Positions 61,557 through 64,000 of a stretch of DNA of 64,000 nucleotides are shown piece after piece. The stretch comes from an uncultured Bacteroidota bacterium (GTDB lineage: Bacteria; Bacteroidota; Bacteroidia; Chitinophagales; Chitinophagaceae), in contig CAWHOR010000053.1 of the NCBI GenBank assembly GCA_963830845.1, positions 4,108-68,107 of the forward strand, in the 5' to 3' direction. Below the pieces are notes generated by a model that was not told the origin of the DNA, did not search any database, and saw only the letters and a program-made list of their open reading frames with translations. Every line of letters begins with the position of its first letter. The stretch's first letter is position 1. A program made the translations under genes and the position numbers.

Positions 61557-64000
61557 CTTTATGAATGATAGCCATTTTTGAAAGATAACACTTGCCCGGC
61601 AATATTAATTTTACAGCATCTGGTTTCATCAGATTCCAGTTTGGCTGACTTGCAACCTGTAACAGGTAGGGAAGATCTTTACCTCGCTTTATTGAAAATG
61701 TATACTTCCCCAACATGTGATTGTTTTTATAGTATTGCATTGTAACATTCTGTATCTCGTTACTGTTATTCGACAACACAAATCTAAACGCTGCCCCTCT
61801 TGTATCGATTGCCGGATCCAACTTTGCAGAAACAGTATCCGCAGCTGATTTTTTAAAATGAAGTATCTTGTCCTCATCTTTGTTTTCACTTACCTGGCCA
61901 AGTACGTACGGCAGCATTTTCAAATGATAAGTTTGAGGTACACGGGTAAAAAGATCAGGAAAAAAATCATAGCCTTCTAAACTGATACTATCTCCAATGA
62001 TGCCGGTCTTTAATGTTTCAATTGACTGGAAAGCTGAATCCACAAAAACATAGGCTTTCTTTTCCACCTTATTGTAAAACGATACGGGAACCGGCAAGGA
62101 GTTATTGAAAACAACAATATCGTTTGGTATTGAATCGACACCATAAACAGTTAAGAGTATCCGGTGATGTTTGGGAAACTGTTTTCTGATCTGATAAACA
62201 GAATCATTGTAATAGCAACACCTGAATAACGGATGCGTATTCACGCCAATACTGTCTTTCGCCCAAAGTGTCATCCCGTCAACAATAAGCCGTGGTTTGT
62301 AATTATTATAAACATGCTGAAATACAGAATAATGTCTAATACTATGAGGAACTTTATCAAGAGAGTTGGCTTCAGGCATTGCAGAAATATTATTGACTAA
62401 AACATAGTTGACCTTGCCTGCTACCATTTCATCGGTAAACTTTCGTTGTAGCTTATTATTATGATAAAAGTGAACGCCTTGATTAAAAAAATGTATTGGC
62501 TGGTCGTTTAGAAAAAAGGCAGCTAAAGGACGATAACAAACTTCATCTATATATCCCTCTATGATCTTGCTATTCTTCAAGTACGCAAGCGTCTTATATT
62601 TTTTTTGCGGATCTGTTTCTTTTATAAGAGGCATGTCAAAAGAGTTCGCTTCTGTCAAATCCCTGCTACGGTAATAATTCCGTAATTGGTCAATTCTTGA
62701 AAAAACAGTTACAGTGTGATCGCTTGCTGCCAGATTATCATCGGACATATAGTTAAAGCGATTAACTTTTTCAGCGGAAAAAACCGGCAAATTATCTGTT
62801 CTGATCTTATCTACAGAAGCTGAATATAAACTTCGCAAGGCAGGTGGCCGGGGAAATTTAAACAGCCATATCAACGAGAACGAACTGACTAGAAAAACAA
62901 AAGCGAATTTCAACACAGACTTCTGCTTGATTACAACAAGAGCAATGAAAAGGCTGAAAATCAGAAAAACAAAACTGGAAAGATTATCGTCGGTATTTTC
63001 TACAAACGAATGACGTATTAAACCCCGCTGGAAGTTTACGAGATAATAGATGCAAAAAAATATCAACGCTGTCCAGTGAAATACCCGATCTTTTTGAAAG
63101 CCTTTTCTTTGTAGAATAGCATAACAAAAAATAAGTATAACCCCAACCGGAAAAACAAAATAATGAAACCTGAATTTGTAATTTAAAATTTTTGAGACTG
63201 TTGCATAACCCCATGATTGTGCCGATTGCAAATAACCTACTGTGAGCTGAATGCTTTCCCAAATCTCCCGAAAGCCAAGTATGAAAACCAATAGCAATAA
63301 AAACAACAGTGCAACAAACATTACAGCAGCAAACAAGCGTTTCATTTTGAACCAGCCGTTATCGAAGAAACCTGCAATAAAAGGAGTGCCGACACAACTC
63401 GTTACAAATAATGCAAATCCCGTATCGGGCCTGAACAACAGCATTGTAAATAGCAAACCGGCTGCGTAGCTTAGTCTTTTAAACGAATAGCCACTGTTGA
63501 AATAATCATAAACAACCAGGAAAAAAAGAACAGCAATGGCATGATAAAACGGAAACAAGACCTGCAGTGTTACAGAAAAAACCACCCACACAATGGCATA
63601 AAAACGACTCTTAAACAGATGTGTCAGAAAAAAATAGTACACCAAAAAGAAAAGTGAATGCAGGCATGTGTAAATTTTATACGCTAAGGATAGATCCTTG
63701 TTGATCCATGCATAAAAAAGCCCTGTTAAATAATCATTGAAATTATGCGGACTAAAATGCTGAAATAACGGAATTTCATGGTACAAATAGGTTCGTTTAA
63801 TTGCCATAGCGGCGCTTGCTTCTTCAAAAAAATCGATCGTGCCATTGAAAATTGGATGATACGCATTGTACAGTGCCATACCCGCCACAGCAAACGCAAA
63901 CGAAACAGATAGAACTGAAGAACTCTTTTGTGGTTTCCATCGAACTAAATAAAAAACAACCACCAAAAACAGCAGTACAAAGCTGAAAACATATCCGGAT
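61540..64000 (-). CDS. Large polytopic membrane protein (possible GT-C-like), 5' end beyond window
   Basis: About 10 hydrophobic segments followed by a soluble domain; overlaps the GT9 start; AT-rich. Confidence 0.6.
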   Translation of the reverse strand, partial: SGYVFSFVLLFLVVVFYLVRWKPQKSSSVLSVSFAFAVAGMALYNAYHPIFNGTIDFFEEASAAMAIKRTYLYHEIPLFQHFSPHNFNDYLTGLFYAWINKDLSLAYKIYTCLHSLFFLVYYFFLTHLFKSRFYAIVWVVFSVTLQVLFPFYHAIAVLFFLVVYDYFNSGYSFKRLSYAAGLLFTMLLFRPDTGFALFVTSCVGTPFIAGFFDNGWFKMKRLFAAVMFVALLFLLLLVFILGFREIWESIQLTVGYLQSAQSWGYATVSKILNYKFRFHYFVFPVGVILIFCYAILQRKGFQKDRVFHWTALIFFCIYYLVNFQRGLIRHSFVENTDDNLSSFVFLIFSLFIALVVIKQKSVLKFAFVFLVSSFSLIWLFKFPRPPALRSLYSASVDKIRTDNLPVFSAEKVNRFNYMSDDNLAASDHTVTVFSRIDQLRNYYRSRDLTEANSFDMPLIKETDPQKKYKTLAYLKNSKIIEGYIDEVCYRPLAAFFLNDQPIHFFNQGVHFYHNNKLQRKFTDEMVAGKVNYVLVNNISAMPEANSLDKVPHSIRHYSVFQHVYNNYKPRLIVDGMTLWAKDSIGVNTHPLFRCCYYNDSVYQIRKQFPKHHRILLTVYGVDSIPNDIVVFNNSLPVPVSFYNKVEKKAYVFVDSAFQSIETLKTGIIGDSISLEGYDFFPDLFTRVPQTYHLKMLPYVLGQVSENKDEDKILHFKKSAADTVSAKLDPAIDTRGAAFRFVLSNNSNEIQNVTMQYYKNNHMLGKYTFSIKRGKDLPYLLQVASQPNWNLMKPDAVKLILPGKCYLSKMAIIHKDELSY

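Overview
Chromosomal segment of a Bacteroidota bacterium, probably Chitinophagaceae (inferred from gene content, TAnnTTTG promoters, SusC/SusD pairs and T9SS porZ). It is mostly housekeeping genes: rsgA, a moxR/bat cluster, gcvH, prfA, recO-porZ, gatB, alaS, lpxH, ftsH, rsfS, icd, bcp and a half-length carB. The main highlight is a complete IS110-family element (27666-29042, minus strand) inserted at a CT core inside the second of two tandem susC-susD pairs. Its ~265-nt non-coding end reads as a bridge RNA: it carries guide segments matching both flanks of the reconstructed target and both ends of the element, and joining the two ends builds a Bacteroidota -33/-7 promoter. The second highlight is two tandem, 150-bp-spaced, terminator-ended candidate sRNAs (11813-12045, minus). 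Their identical 27-nt core is antisense to an ATGAGAAAA-type start region like those of the local susC genes, and one copy sits behind a sigma54-type promoter. Also present: an NgoMIV-like type II R-M pair, an AT-rich divergent segment inside alaS, a Bcp with a probable Lys/Ala-rich N-tail, an orphan T9SS C-terminal domain and the edge of a glycosylation island. About a dozen single-base frameshifts, several in essential genes, point to assembly indel errors. No rRNA, tRNA or CRISPR array was seen.
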